Below, piece after piece: positions 10,218 to 20,395 of a stretch of 47,532 bases of DNA; the first letter of the stretch is position 1; each line of letters opens with the position of its first letter. The notes under the pieces are model-generated. The model was not told the DNA's origin. It did no database searches and worked only from the letters and a program-made list of their open reading frames with translations. A program made the translations under genes and the position numbers. Origin of the DNA: a virus (taxonomy: Duplodnaviria > Heunggongvirae > Uroviricota > Caudoviricetes); the IMG/VR virus record IMGVR_UViG_2690316161_000023, positions 1 to 47,532 of that record, one strand, 5' to 3'.

Positions 10218-10570
10218 TACGCCTCCGATGTAACAGTCGTTATTCCATAAAGAGTGTCGATTTCAGCGGAAAACATGACACGTCGGGTCGTGGTATCCAC
10301 TGTCGTATTGAAAGAGAGGATTGATTTAACGCCCCGCGTTTCGAGGATGCGCTTACGGATCGCCAGGTTGTAGGTTTCCGGCTTCTGCTTTCCGAGCACG
10401 GACTGGATCCACGGAGTCCCTTCGGTGGTGTCGAGAAACCATTGCCCATACCACAATTCGAATCGCGTTTTTACCGCCTGCGCCACGGCCTCCGGTGAGT
10501 TAATCAGCCAGGTGTCATCACCGCTGCCAAAGGTGTAATCGCCATCGGCGTCTTCACGTCTGTATCGCAT
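10217..10570 (-). CDS. Baseplate protein (P2 gpW / Mu gp46-like)
   Basis: 117-aa ORF between the gpV-like and J-like genes. Confidence 0.55.
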   Translation of the reverse strand: MRYRREDADGDYTFGSGDDTWLINSPEAVAQAVKTRFELWYGQWFLDTTEGTPWIQSVLGKQKPETYNLAIRKRILETRGVKSILSFNTTVDTTTRRVMFSAEIDTLYGITTVTSEA

Positions 10571-11322
10571 CAGTTTACCCCATCGGTATTGCTTCCACCG
10601 CGCTGAACACCGCCATGAGTGTGCGTATCATCGATTGACTTGCCGTTAGCCTTAACGCTCCCCAAGAACTCAACAGCACCAGTGATTTTTGAAGCCACAC
10701 CAGAAACAACAGACCCCACCATGCCACCCATCCAGGTTAACAGGCCATGAATGGTTACTTTCTCAGAAAAATCAGCCAGAGGGGCAACCACATCAAGACC
10801 ACCCGGAGCGACAATTTTAATTTTCCTGGTGTCAGGATTAAGCTCAAAATAGGTGCTGCCGTCGTCACTACGCAACTGTGTGGCACTGGTATTAATACCG
10901 CTAATCTTCCTCGCCTGCGACTGGGGACCGACAATACAAAACGCATCCGATAAATCATGCATTCTGTCATCAACAGGCTCCTGTATCCCGCCGTTCTGCC
11001 ACCAGAAATCAATACAACGATCGGCAAAAACGACAAGACACTCATCCCTGGCTTTTACCGGAAAAGTCAACGTACAGCCTCCTCCGCGCGGGAATACCAC
11101 TGGCACATCCACCAGCAATGGGTAATTTTGGGTAATGCGGTTGCCGTCATTATCCTTTTCAACCGAACGTATAGCAGGCTGCACAACTGCCGTAACCGCA
11201 TCAGGATCGAATGACTGAATAATGCCAGGCAAGGCGACACGGATCTGGTTCTTTGTTGTTTCCCGTTCAGATTTGAATGTTTCGGCAAGGTCGCCGCAGC
11301 GGGTCTGGTCAGATACTGCCAT
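10570..11322 (-). CDS. Baseplate assembly/spike protein V-like
   Basis: 250 aa with a C-terminal THTHGGVQRGG motif resembling P2 gpV. Confidence 0.65.
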   Translation of the reverse strand: MAVSDQTRCGDLAETFKSERETTKNQIRVALPGIIQSFDPDAVTAVVQPAIRSVEKDNDGNRITQNYPLLVDVPVVFPRGGGCTLTFPVKARDECLVVFADRCIDFWWQNGGIQEPVDDRMHDLSDAFCIVGPQSQARKISGINTSATQLRSDDGSTYFELNPDTRKIKIVAPGGLDVVAPLADFSEKVTIHGLLTWMGGMVGSVVSGVASKITGAVEFLGSVKANGKSIDDTHTHGGVQRGGSNTDGVN

Positions 11323-11340
11323 TTAGTAGGCTCCAGAAAG

Positions 11341-11371
11341 CAAAAAACCCGCCATCCGGCGGGTTTTATGT
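11341..11371 (-). terminator. Rho-independent terminator after the lipoprotein gene
   Basis: Minus-strand hairpin aaaacccgcc-ggat-ggcgggtttt followed by a T-rich run. Confidence 0.6.
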
Positions 11372-11387
11372 GACTAATTTGATCTTT

Positions 11388-12113
11388 TCAGTTTATAAGC
11401 CCCATCTTACCGGCGCTTCGATAGTTAATTACATCGCCTGAAGAGCCGCAAGGCACAGCTACAGTCGACATTTTGACAAATCCTTTACCGCCCTGCTTTT
11501 GGCATAAAGTGGCATGCATTTTTGCTAAACGCGCAGCATGACCAAAATCAATTTTGGTTCCGTAAGTTGAATCTCGTAGAGCTGCTTTTTTGGCAATTCC
11601 AGTAATATTTTTGTCTTTAATTACAGATGCAAACAAACTCAAATCATTTCCAATTTGATTGAAGCAAGTACGATTAATATCAACATCGGCATACGCTGAA
11701 ATGCGTTTGCAATCTGAGATCTGAGAAAGCACAGATGTGTTAACCAGTTGCAAATTTAATTTGTAGTCACCGACATAGGTATAAACTTTGTTAGGGTCCG
11801 TGGTTCCCGGATAACGAGTTACGAATGGAATGCTGTTGTACGCATCTCGCAAAGATTCTGCACCCTTACTTTTAAGCTCGTTCCCAACACCAGCAACGAT
11901 AACCTCTGGATGTGAAACTTCAAATTGAGACTTTTCTTCGCGCTGTATTTGAAGCCTGCTTTTCTGGCTCTCCTCAACTTGCTTATCGTACGCTTGTTTT
12001 TCTTCATTTTTTTGGGATAGCCATTTTTCCTGCGCTTTAGCACCATTAGGATCCCAACTACATGAAGTTAAAAAAAGAGAAAATACGATTGTGGTTATCG
12101 CAAGCCTGCTCAC
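11388..12113 (-). CDS. Lipoprotein of unknown function (inserted gene within the baseplate operon)
   Basis: 241 aa; N-terminal signal peptide with lipobox LTSC; charged K/E/Q-rich segment; visibly AT-richer than neighbouring tail genes. Confidence 0.6.
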   Translation of the reverse strand: MSRLAITTIVFSLFLTSCSWDPNGAKAQEKWLSQKNEEKQAYDKQVEESQKSRLQIQREEKSQFEVSHPEVIVAGVGNELKSKGAESLRDAYNSIPFVTRYPGTTDPNKVYTYVGDYKLNLQLVNTSVLSQISDCKRISAYADVDINRTCFNQIGNDLSLFASVIKDKNITGIAKKAALRDSTYGTKIDFGHAARLAKMHATLCQKQGGKGFVKMSTVAVPCGSSGDVINYRSAGKMGLIN

Positions 12114-12115
12114 TA

Positions 12116-13180
12116 TTATGCACCTCGATTCATCGCTGACTGGCTAGGAATATCACTAGCACCTCGAGCAAAGCACATCATATCCATGTACCACGCCTGG
12201 CCCCTTGTGTCGCCAGTGTACATAATACCGCGCACAATATAAACGCCATCCGTTGCGATGCTGGCAGGCTGCGATGTGGTGCCGCTTAGCGTGATATTTC
12301 CATCCGTGTTCTGGTCGGTGATCTGACCACCAGCCATCGCAATATCGTTGTTCGACAAGGCGGTACGATACACGGAAGCCTGATCCAGCTGAATGAGTCC
12401 GTTAACCCGGATGTTCGGATTAATAAGCGCGCGGACGTTTACGCCGTTACCGATAGTCTGCTGCGGCATGCCAATAAGCCCGGTAGCGCTGTTGAGCACA
12501 ATCGCTTCATGAACATATTCGTTATTCGCCACCATCTGGCGCTGACCGTCCACGAATTGCCATGTTGCGCCACATTGCCCGGCTACGTTATCCATTAGAT
12601 GCCGCGTCATGCCAAAGAGTACCCGCCCCCGGGGGAATACAGTAGCAGGCATTTCAGGCGTCAGGCCTTCGGTCGCACCTTTGGCTTCGAAGTCTTTCAT
12701 CAGCGCACGGTTTACATCAGCGACCGTGTAACCGGCAGCCAGCGTCTGTGAGGTTATACTGGTGGCAAAAGCCAGATCAGTATCTGCTGCCTGAATCAGG
12801 ACGTAGGAATCAACCGGACTGTCTTTTCCTGTGACCGAGTAGCGAATTTCACCGCTGAAAATCAGTCCGTAGTTGCGGCCATCACTCTGACCCACGTCCG
12901 CCGCGTCAACTTCCCGCACGGTCCCGACGTCGCTTGCCGACACCTCCGGCGCGATACCGTCGTAACCGGCAATCAGACGCACTTTCGAAAACTCCTGCCC
13001 GGTGATTCGGTTCACAGTATCTGCCGAGAGGTTATAAATTTTGATAGTCCCTACCCGGGACGCGCTGCTGATGTTGAACCAGTCGATCGTAAAGGTGACT
13101 TTAAAATCACTTAGCTCAATTCCCTGACCGTTCCCGTCCACAAGCTGCAGCTCGAAATGTCTCATCCAGTTCTGTGACAT
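12116..13180 (-). CDS. Baseplate hub / tail structural protein (Mu gp44 or P2 gpD position)
   Basis: 354-aa ORF between the tape measure region and gpV-like gene; assignment by position. Confidence 0.45.
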   Translation of the reverse strand: MSQNWMRHFELQLVDGNGQGIELSDFKVTFTIDWFNISSASRVGTIKIYNLSADTVNRITGQEFSKVRLIAGYDGIAPEVSASDVGTVREVDAADVGQSDGRNYGLIFSGEIRYSVTGKDSPVDSYVLIQAADTDLAFATSITSQTLAAGYTVADVNRALMKDFEAKGATEGLTPEMPATVFPRGRVLFGMTRHLMDNVAGQCGATWQFVDGQRQMVANNEYVHEAIVLNSATGLIGMPQQTIGNGVNVRALINPNIRVNGLIQLDQASVYRTALSNNDIAMAGGQITDQNTDGNITLSGTTSQPASIATDGVYIVRGIMYTGDTRGQAWYMDMMCFARGASDIPSQSAMNRGA

Positions 13181-13182
13181 GC

Positions 13183-13485
13183 TTACTCCGTTGATACCAG
13201 TAAATGGCTGCGACAGCCCAGGTCAGTTTTTGTGGGGTAATCCTGTGTGTTGTCATCACAGACCACCACCAGCTTAAAACCAAGCCCCATACAGGCGTAC
13301 TGCGCCAGCAGGTCAGCACCAGTGACGAGAGGAATACCGGAGATTACCGGCTCCCCTCTGTCGTTCTGCAGGTCCATAATCCAGTACAGATCGCGCCATA
13401 TGATGCTAATCCGCCAGGTGACACCACCCAGGACGATGCTGAACTGCTGGTTGTCCGCTGTCAGCGGAATTTCCTGAATTGTCAT
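13183..13485 (-). CDS. Hypothetical tail protein
   Basis: 100-aa ORF in the tail operon. Confidence 0.35.
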   Translation of the reverse strand: MTIQEIPLTADNQQFSIVLGGVTWRISIIWRDLYWIMDLQNDRGEPVISGIPLVTGADLLAQYACMGLGFKLVVVCDDNTQDYPTKTDLGCRSHLLVSTE

Positions 13486-14072
13486 TAGCCGCCCCCCAGT
13501 AATGACGCCACGTTACCCGTGATGCTTTTCAGCAGTGAAGTATCTGGAGGTTTTGTGGTTTTGTTGCCGCTGTTCTGTACCGCCGACGTGCTGGCCCCTT
13601 CCTTCATGTTGGTTTTATCCGCGACGGTAATCTGCTGTGTCCGGGAGATAATGACCTCCCTCAGGGTGAGGACGGCGGACAGGACGTTTTCGCTTGTCTT
13701 GTCCGTCGTCACTTCCAGCGCCCGGATCAACATGTTGCTGTACAGCCGTTTACCGGTTACCACATCGAAGGGGATACGGCTTTCCTGCAGATCCAGTAGC
13801 TCCTGATACGTCTGCTGAGGACTCAGGCCGAGCAGGCTGGTAGCCGTCAGGTTACTGGCAAAATCCAGCAATGCGCCGCCACCGGCGAAACCAACCTCCA
13901 TCACCACTTCTGACGGTTTTTTATAGGCATGATCAGCGACAGCGGCCCCGACCTCTACCGGATGCTCGGTTATTTCAAGCATATCTGTATGCTTCTCTGA
14001 AATAACAACACTGGGAACAATCATTCCTATTTTTCTGCTCTGCTGATGAAAAAGTGTAGAGAGAATATCCAC
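13485..14072 (-). CDS. Hypothetical tail protein
   Basis: 195-aa ORF directly after the tape measure gene. Confidence 0.4.
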   Translation of the reverse strand: MDILSTLFHQQSRKIGMIVPSVVISEKHTDMLEITEHPVEVGAAVADHAYKKPSEVVMEVGFAGGGALLDFASNLTATSLLGLSPQQTYQELLDLQESRIPFDVVTGKRLYSNMLIRALEVTTDKTSENVLSAVLTLREVIISRTQQITVADKTNMKEGASTSAVQNSGNKTTKPPDTSLLKSITGNVASLLGGG

Positions 14073-16081
14073 TAACCCACCCTCACCTGATTACTTCGCA
14101 TGACCTGAGCATTTGCAGACTGTTGCCGACGTGCAACCTCATTACCGACAGCGTGCGGATCTCCGCCACCGTAAATGTGGTAGGTATTTTGCTGGTTAAC
14201 CTCTGTCACTTTGCCACTAATTCCCGCCACGGCAGCCTTATTAATCAGCTCCCGAGAATAGATATTTCTTCCATTCTCATGCTGGATAATGCTGCTCATC
14301 AATGCTGACATGGTTTGCGGATCGCTCATATTCAGGGCAGCCCGGGAATCCACTCCCAGTCGTTGCGATACAGCCCTGATATACGCAGTTGTGTTGTTAT
14401 TATCAGACGCAGGAGCCCAGGTAGAGATAATTTTCTCCACACTGTTTATTCCCCGTCCAGCGTACAGCATTAACTGACGAGCAAGAGCCCGTAATCCATC
14501 AAAGGCAGTTTCAAATCTGGCAAATCGCCCGCCCGGGCGTTCAAGAGAAGCCCCTGCCTGACCAGCAAAATTAAGGTTTCCCGGATTGTTATTCCGTTCT
14601 CCTCGTTTCGTAGCCTGTGCATGTTGTTCCGGCTCATCATCACCAAACCAGCCGCGTACCGTCCGGCCCACACTGCGGGGATCGAATCCCCAGTGCTCTT
14701 TAATCCAGTCGGCAGTACTGTTAGCGCTGTCTGTAACCATCGGCATCGCTGACGGATTTTCGCTGCCCTGATTAAGTATCTGTTTGCCGATGCTGACGGC
14801 ATCAGCCCAGCGGCCATCTTTGATAGCGTTGAGCAGGTCAGCGATCATGTTCAGCATTTTGCTGAATTCGCCCATCTGGTCGATGAAGTTGCTGAAATCC
14901 CACTTCAGGGACCATGATTTGGGGTCAATATTGAGCAGTTTCGCCAGCGCTTTCACCAGGTCGTTAACGGTCGTTTTAAGGTCACGAACCATCTTCAGCG
15001 CGGCATCGACCTCCGGTTTCCACTTGCCCCAGTCAATCAGGCTGTCGCCGCCTTCCTTCCAGGTCTGATAGTCCTCCCACAGGAGGGCAATACCCGCCGC
15101 CAGCGCGGTAATGAGGCCAATCGGCGACATCCAGAACGTACTGTTCAGAATGCGCAGCGCAATCGTCAGTGCGCCAAACAGCGAGATCAACTCCCGCGTT
15201 TGCTTATCCAGCGATTGCCACCAGGTGATAAGGCCTGATGTCCCCTCAATCAGTCTGAAGAACAGCCGCCCAATAATATCCCCGAGCGCCAGAATGCCTT
15301 TTATGGCTTTCGTCAGGGTCTGCTCGATACGAGGGAAGTTGTCCAGGATATGGCGGCGCAGGGTGTCCAGCGAACCCGCAAGCCCCCCCGCAAGATTAGA
15401 GCCGATTTTGTCACGGGCCATGCCTGCCATCGCGCCAAACTCACGCAGGGAGGTCATAAATTTGTTGGAGCTTCTGGCCGCCTCGTCAGCATTGAAGCCG
15501 ATAGCTTTCGCCATTGCGCTGTACTGCCCGGAGAAGCCACCCACACCCCGGCGCATCGCCATAAGGGTATTTTCGTCAATGCCCAGCATCTGCGCATACT
15601 GGTTAGCCCGGTAATACGGCATGCTGCTGAGTTTCTGTCCAACGCCCGTAAAAATAGCGGCCATGTCACGCATGTTACCGCTGGCATCACGGGTCTGTAC
15701 GCCCAGGCGATTCAGAAAGCCTTCTGCACCGGGATTGTTACGAATAAACCGGGAGAGGCTTTCCAGAGAAGATCGCGCAGCGTCCACGCTGCCGCCAACC
15801 TGCGAAACCGCATAGCCAATAGACTGAATTCCCTGGACTGTCGCGCCGGTGCGCTGTGACGCCCAGTAAAGATTATCCAGGCCGGAGGCGATCTTAGCCG
15901 TGAAGGCCACCACGGACAGCGCAGCTCCTTCAACAGCCAGCCCCATTTTGATGACATTTGCAGTTGTACCGGCGAGGACAGAACCGAACTTTTTCGCTCC
16001 TGCATCATCCACACTGAAGCCAAGCGAGACGAGGAAATCTTTAATAGTTTCAGCGTTCATTATCCTCTCTCCATTTCTCAA
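14072..16081 (-). CDS. Tail tape measure protein
   Basis: 669-aa ORF after the tube and chaperone genes; ORF call starts on TTG, a downstream ATG (MNAETIKD, about 16060) is the likelier start. Confidence 0.7.
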   Translation of the reverse strand: MRNGERIMNAETIKDFLVSLGFSVDDAGAKKFGSVLAGTTANVIKMGLAVEGAALSVVAFTAKIASGLDNLYWASQRTGATVQGIQSIGYAVSQVGGSVDAARSSLESLSRFIRNNPGAEGFLNRLGVQTRDASGNMRDMAAIFTGVGQKLSSMPYYRANQYAQMLGIDENTLMAMRRGVGGFSGQYSAMAKAIGFNADEAARSSNKFMTSLREFGAMAGMARDKIGSNLAGGLAGSLDTLRRHILDNFPRIEQTLTKAIKGILALGDIIGRLFFRLIEGTSGLITWWQSLDKQTRELISLFGALTIALRILNSTFWMSPIGLITALAAGIALLWEDYQTWKEGGDSLIDWGKWKPEVDAALKMVRDLKTTVNDLVKALAKLLNIDPKSWSLKWDFSNFIDQMGEFSKMLNMIADLLNAIKDGRWADAVSIGKQILNQGSENPSAMPMVTDSANSTADWIKEHWGFDPRSVGRTVRGWFGDDEPEQHAQATKRGERNNNPGNLNFAGQAGASLERPGGRFARFETAFDGLRALARQLMLYAGRGINSVEKIISTWAPASDNNNTTAYIRAVSQRLGVDSRAALNMSDPQTMSALMSSIIQHENGRNIYSRELINKAAVAGISGKVTEVNQQNTYHIYGGGDPHAVGNEVARRQQSANAQVMRSNQVRVG

Positions 16082-16289
16082 TGCGTCGCTGGTTATCCGC
16101 TTTTACCGCCAGATGGTCATTCAAGAGAGCAATGTCATACAAATCGACAGAGCCATCTTTAAGTGCTGTATAAGGAATTAACCCGGCGTCAACCGGATTG
16201 AGAAGGTAGGACAGCCCGTCCGGCAGGCTGTTAAACGTCAGCCCTGTTGCAGGCTCTGCGTCGTGCTGGTAAGGGGTGTAGGCAAAAAA
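16050..16289 (-). other. Predicted -1 frameshift extension of the tail assembly chaperone
   Basis: Slippery heptamer T_TTT_TTG about 16283-16289, nine codons before the chaperone stop; the -1 frame stays open ~79 codons and stops just after the tape measure ATG. Confidence 0.5.
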
Positions 16290-16690
16290 TTTCCCAGCGA
16301 ATCGGCGACCACCCGCGCCACCAGTTGCAGCATGACCAGCAGGTCAATATCATCAAACATCAGTTCACCCTGGGTAAATACCGGCACCCATCCGTCCATA
16401 TGACGCCGCGATACCACCGCAAGACAGGGATGAATAATCGCATCGGTGTCATCTTCGGTCAGGGAAGACAGTTCCTCAGCGATACGCGGGAGCATGGTTT
16501 CAAACACCGGTTTTAACTGTTCGAATTTCACGGTGTCGATTTTGCCGTCAGCAGGCAAACGGGAGCGAATACTCCCGAAATCTGACATCATTCCTGCCAG
16601 CACCGGCAGAAGTTTGCGGGTCACTTTCAGCTGGTCAAAAACGCTGAGTTTTGCCGTGCGATATTTCACGCCTTTAATTTCGAATTCCAT
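16238..16690 (-). CDS. Tail assembly chaperone
   Basis: 150-aa ORF between the tube and tape measure genes. Confidence 0.6.
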   Translation of the reverse strand: MEFEIKGVKYRTAKLSVFDQLKVTRKLLPVLAGMMSDFGSIRSRLPADGKIDTVKFEQLKPVFETMLPRIAEELSSLTEDDTDAIIHPCLAVVSRRHMDGWVPVFTQGELMFDDIDLLVMLQLVARVVADSLGNFLPTPLTSTTQSLQQG

Positions 16691-16693
16691 GTA

Positions 16694-17134
16694 TTAAAAC
16701 TCCCCGAGAACCTGGTCAATCTTGCCGCAGTCAAACACCCACGGCATCGTATTACCGGTTTTAGCGTTGGCGTTATCCGGTTGTTTCTGGAACGCAACAC
16801 TGCGTGCCGTGATGATGTCGCCGCTGACCTTGTTGCGGATCACGATAACGTTATTCCCCCATGTGGCAGAAGACTGGCTCTGTGCGTTATACGCCAGCGA
16901 CAATTTTTTATTTGTCGGTGATGTCTTCAGAAGGTTAACGGTAATCGTCCCGCTTTTATCTGCATGGAGGCTGTGCATCACTTCACCATCAGCACCGATG
17001 GTCATGGTGTTTTTAGGACCACCCATCGCAACCACAATCCCCTCTTCAGAACTTGCCGAACCGTACCCGAGGTCAATCGAACCGGTCGGCCCGGTCAGCG
17101 TCGCAGTGACATCCATAAAAGAATAGGTAGACAT
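16694..17134 (-). CDS. Tail tube protein
   Basis: 146-aa ORF directly after the sheath gene. Confidence 0.55.
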   Translation of the reverse strand: MSTYSFMDVTATLTGPTGSIDLGYGSASSEEGIVVAMGGPKNTMTIGADGEVMHSLHADKSGTITVNLLKTSPTNKKLSLAYNAQSQSSATWGNNVIVIRNKVSGDIITARSVAFQKQPDNANAKTGNTMPWVFDCGKIDQVLGEF

Positions 17135-17144
17135 TCACTTCCCC

Positions 17145-18290
17145 TTAGCGAACAACGTTAATCTGTACGTCAGCGTAATGAACCGCGCCTGCAAGTTTTA
17201 TTGCAGCCTGAATCACCGGAGCCTTACGGGCTTCACGTTCTGATTGTGCCTGTTCATCCAGCGGCTGGGCGTATACGTAATAACCTTTGGGCAGCGTGTC
17301 ACCTGATGACAACTGGCCAAGGTCGCCCCCGTTCCATACGCCCGGAGCAATCAGTCCATTCTGAACGGCCTGATCCAGTGATTTTTCAACATTTGATAAC
17401 AGTCGGGTAATACCGGCTTCAGTCTGGGGAACTTTCGTGGTGCTGGTATAAAGCAGGTTATAGAGGCTGGTCTGCACATAATTCTGTAACCAGTCCAGGC
17501 CGTGGCGTTCATCAAAGAAATCGCCGTTAGCCATCACTCCCTGCTGGAGGATAGCCGTATCATTCTGGTAGTACACGAACACATTGCAGTTTTTTGCATC
17601 AAGTGCCGATGCCTGGCTGACTGTCAGTGTTTCATACCCGACACCCGGCTCCTGCTTAAACTTGAGCGTAATCGCGGTATTACTGCCATTGAAATTAACC
17701 GTGAATGCCCGGCCAAATGCAGATAACGCAGCGTATTTATTACCCGATGAATACTGAATAAAACTGCGTGAATATCCGGCGGTTTTCAGTTTTGATGCCA
17801 AATCATCTCTGGATGCAGTCTGCAGGCATTTCTCATCGCTTGTCGTAATCGCCAGAATACGGCTTACAGAAGAGGATTCGATCGCCGCAGCCACTTGCAG
17901 CCAGTCTGCATCCGGAATATCTGCATCGTCTGCAATCCCCAGCCCATACCATGAAGTATAATCAAGCATGGCATTCACAGCCTGCTCCAGCGTCTCAGGC
18001 GTGGCCTGTTCGCTGTCTCCCTTCGTTTTCACCCAACGACCAACAAAAACCTCCTGAGGTTTCGGTGATTGTGAGAAAAACACCTGCGCAGCCTTATATT
18101 CTGGTGATTCCACGCCAAAATCTTTTCCAATATCTTCCGCGGCAGAATAACGGCGAATGCGCTCACTTACCGGAATGATTGTGGATGGGCCGAGAATGAG
18201 TAATGCACCAAAATTTCGCCCTGATGCTGCACGCGGCGACATGATCACATCAACATTAACAACGTTTGATACAGGCAAGCCCTGTGCCAT
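17145..18290 (-). CDS. Tail sheath protein
   Basis: 381-aa ORF preceding tube, chaperone and tape measure genes. Confidence 0.55.
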   Translation of the reverse strand: MAQGLPVSNVVNVDVIMSPRAASGRNFGALLILGPSTIIPVSERIRRYSAAEDIGKDFGVESPEYKAAQVFFSQSPKPQEVFVGRWVKTKGDSEQATPETLEQAVNAMLDYTSWYGLGIADDADIPDADWLQVAAAIESSSVSRILAITTSDEKCLQTASRDDLASKLKTAGYSRSFIQYSSGNKYAALSAFGRAFTVNFNGSNTAITLKFKQEPGVGYETLTVSQASALDAKNCNVFVYYQNDTAILQQGVMANGDFFDERHGLDWLQNYVQTSLYNLLYTSTTKVPQTEAGITRLLSNVEKSLDQAVQNGLIAPGVWNGGDLGQLSSGDTLPKGYYVYAQPLDEQAQSEREARKAPVIQAAIKLAGAVHYADVQINVVR

Positions 18291-18293
18291 AGC

Positions 18294-18860
18294 TTAATCT
18301 CCGAAAAAGATGACTGGTGCTTCCACCAGCGATTTAATACCGTACTCGCGCACAACCTTCCGGCGCAGGCGCACCGTCATATCGTAGCGGCGGACCCATT
18401 GCTGATTAATAAGTTCAGGGAAGGGAGTCAAACCTGTGTAATCGCCAAGAGACAGCCCCAGCGCATTCAGTGCTGCATTGTTCTGCGGCACAGATATACC
18501 GTCACGAAACCGGGACGCATACACCATCCCCGCCGGTCCATAAAACGAAGCCATACACTCAATCGTTTCATGCCGCCAGAGCTGAGAGCCATTATCGGTC
18601 TGTCTGGTGAATGCCGGACTGTCATCACCTGACCATCCGATAACCCCAAACGCACACCAGTTCGTTTCAACCGGTAGCAGTGGCGGCTGCTCTTTCTGCC
18701 AGCGCGGGCGAACCATCCCGGCAGACAGGCCGGAAACGTTACGCATCCACTGGCTTAACAGCCTGTCGAGCGCTTCGTCATAATCCGGATCGCCACTGGT
18801 TGGTATTAACCATCCGCGCTCTGTACTGGTGTTATTGCTCAACCGGAGTTCCCCCATCAA
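18294..18860 (-). CDS. Hypothetical head-tail joining / tail completion protein
   Basis: 188-aa ORF between head and sheath genes. Confidence 0.35.
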   Translation of the reverse strand: MMGELRLSNNTSTERGWLIPTSGDPDYDEALDRLLSQWMRNVSGLSAGMVRPRWQKEQPPLLPVETNWCAFGVIGWSGDDSPAFTRQTDNGSQLWRHETIECMASFYGPAGMVYASRFRDGISVPQNNAALNALGLSLGDYTGLTPFPELINQQWVRRYDMTVRLRRKVVREYGIKSLVEAPVIFFGD

Positions 18861-19221
18861 ACGGCATCAACTCACAATGCGCCTGAACGAATCCGGCCCC
18901 ATAAGCTGTATACGGGTCGACGAAGGTCACACGATAATCACGACCCTGATACGTCACGATATCGGCATCACGGCCAGTCTGTCCCTGTGTCAGTCGCTCA
19001 GTCGTCACAATCAGAATTGCACCGCTGATTACCTGCCCTGCCTGCATACGGCGGTTTTCCAGAGAGCGATCAACAGTTACGACTCCGGCAAACTGCTTTT
19101 TAACTTCACTGTCGCTGCCGATCCCGTCCTCATCAACCGTTTGCACTCGGCGTGTTACCCACAAATTGAAGTCGCAAAAATCGGGGTCAAAAAGCACATC
19201 TGTTACATCAAGAGTCGGCAT
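18832..19221 (-). CDS. Hypothetical head-tail joining protein
   Basis: 129-aa ORF in the head-tail connector region. Confidence 0.35.
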   Translation of the reverse strand: MPTLDVTDVLFDPDFCDFNLWVTRRVQTVDEDGIGSDSEVKKQFAGVVTVDRSLENRRMQAGQVISGAILIVTTERLTQGQTGRDADIVTYQGRDYRVTFVDPYTAYGAGFVQAHCELMPFDGGTPVEQ

Positions 19222-19762
19222 CTTTATCCCTCACTACATGGGTAATCGCTCTGCGATATTGCCCGGTGTCAATTAATGGTTTCGCCAGTTCGGTTCCCGG
19301 GGATTCGCCAGCAGCACGCCGGGTAAGTTCCAGTGTTGCCCCCTTGCGCCCCCGACGAGCCCGGGCTTCAACAGTACTGTCAGCAAGCGGCGTAAAGCCG
19401 GTAATGGTCATGTAACGCCTGACGCCATTAGCGGCCAGCGTTCCGGCACGGTTGAGCGCTCTTTCCGCACCCGCCGCATTACCATCAAGCGCAGCCTGCG
19501 CCGCTGCTTTGAGCTGCGGCACTGTCTGTTCTTCTACCGATTTAACGCCGGGGACCAGGTGAGGTCGTGGCGGGATGTTTTGCGCCGGTGAGCCGTATTC
19601 GTTGAGGTAACCGATGCCCGCATTACCAAACGGAACATCATCCCGCTCGCTGTCTTCCGAAGGGATGCCGACCAGCACATCTTTTTTGGTTAACGACCTG
19701 AGCGCATCCAGAATGGCCTGAGCGTTATCCACCCTCGTTGTTACACCGCTTTTGAAACTCAT
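19208..19762 (-). CDS. Hypothetical head-tail joining protein
   Basis: 184-aa ORF in the head-tail connector region. Confidence 0.35.
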   Translation of the reverse strand: MSFKSGVTTRVDNAQAILDALRSLTKKDVLVGIPSEDSERDDVPFGNAGIGYLNEYGSPAQNIPPRPHLVPGVKSVEEQTVPQLKAAAQAALDGNAAGAERALNRAGTLAANGVRRYMTITGFTPLADSTVEARARRGRKGATLELTRRAAGESPGTELAKPLIDTGQYRRAITHVVRDKDADS

Positions 19763-20166
19763 AGCTGGCGACCGCCTGCACCGAACATCGTGATCAACTG
19801 ATAAAATTCAGCGCCATATCGGGTGTTATTCCAGAAACCTGCATCAGGATTCAGCGTCGCGCTGGTGTCATAACTGACGCTTACCTTATCCACGGACTTT
19901 GAGGACTGAACACCATTGGTTGAACCGCCCGGACCACCAGCCAGCATCGCCCGGCTGTCTGCCGCCCAGAGCGTCATGTAGTGCGCAACGAACAACCCGG
20001 CAAAGTACGGAAACAACTTTTTTCCGGTGACGTTTTCGCTCAGCAGTTCATCGGCCAGATTCAGACGAAACTGGATTTGCGCTTCGGGATATTTGGCAGG
20101 GTCAGCAAACTGCGGGAAGTCGCGGCGAAAATCACTTACCGCTGGCAGACTTTGATTCTTTGGCAT
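19759..20166 (-). CDS. Hypothetical head completion protein
   Basis: 135-aa ORF in the head-tail connector region. Confidence 0.35.
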   Translation of the reverse strand: MPKNQSLPAVSDFRRDFPQFADPAKYPEAQIQFRLNLADELLSENVTGKKLFPYFAGLFVAHYMTLWAADSRAMLAGGPGGSTNGVQSSKSVDKVSVSYDTSATLNPDAGFWNNTRYGAEFYQLITMFGAGGRQL

Positions 20167-20353
20167 TTTTTACCTCGTTACGCGCGTCTGTGGCTTTGCC
20201 AACGGATACCTCCGCGTGCGCACGAGTGAACCAGTGCGTGGCAACTTCTTCCTCCACAGCATGACGGCCTTTAACAAACTCGCGCCGTGAACCGTCGGGA
20301 AGCGTGAGCACAAACGGGGTATGTACGTGTATTACTGCATTATTTTTTGCCAT
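20132..20353 (-). CDS. Small hypothetical head protein
   Basis: 73-aa ORF directly after the major capsid gene. Confidence 0.3.
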   Translation of the reverse strand: MAKNNAVIHVHTPFVLTLPDGSRREFVKGRHAVEEEVATHWFTRAHAEVSVGKATDARNEVKNAKESKSASGK

Positions 20354-20395
20354 CGGGTCATCCTTAATGGCCCCCGCCAGGGGGCCATGTGGCTG

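Noticed and set aside
2006-10332. Large repeated sequence that might suggest a CRISPR array or an IS element
   Set aside because: The repeats are kilobase-scale, gene-containing copies of tail genes, not short spaced repeats, and no transposase gene is present.
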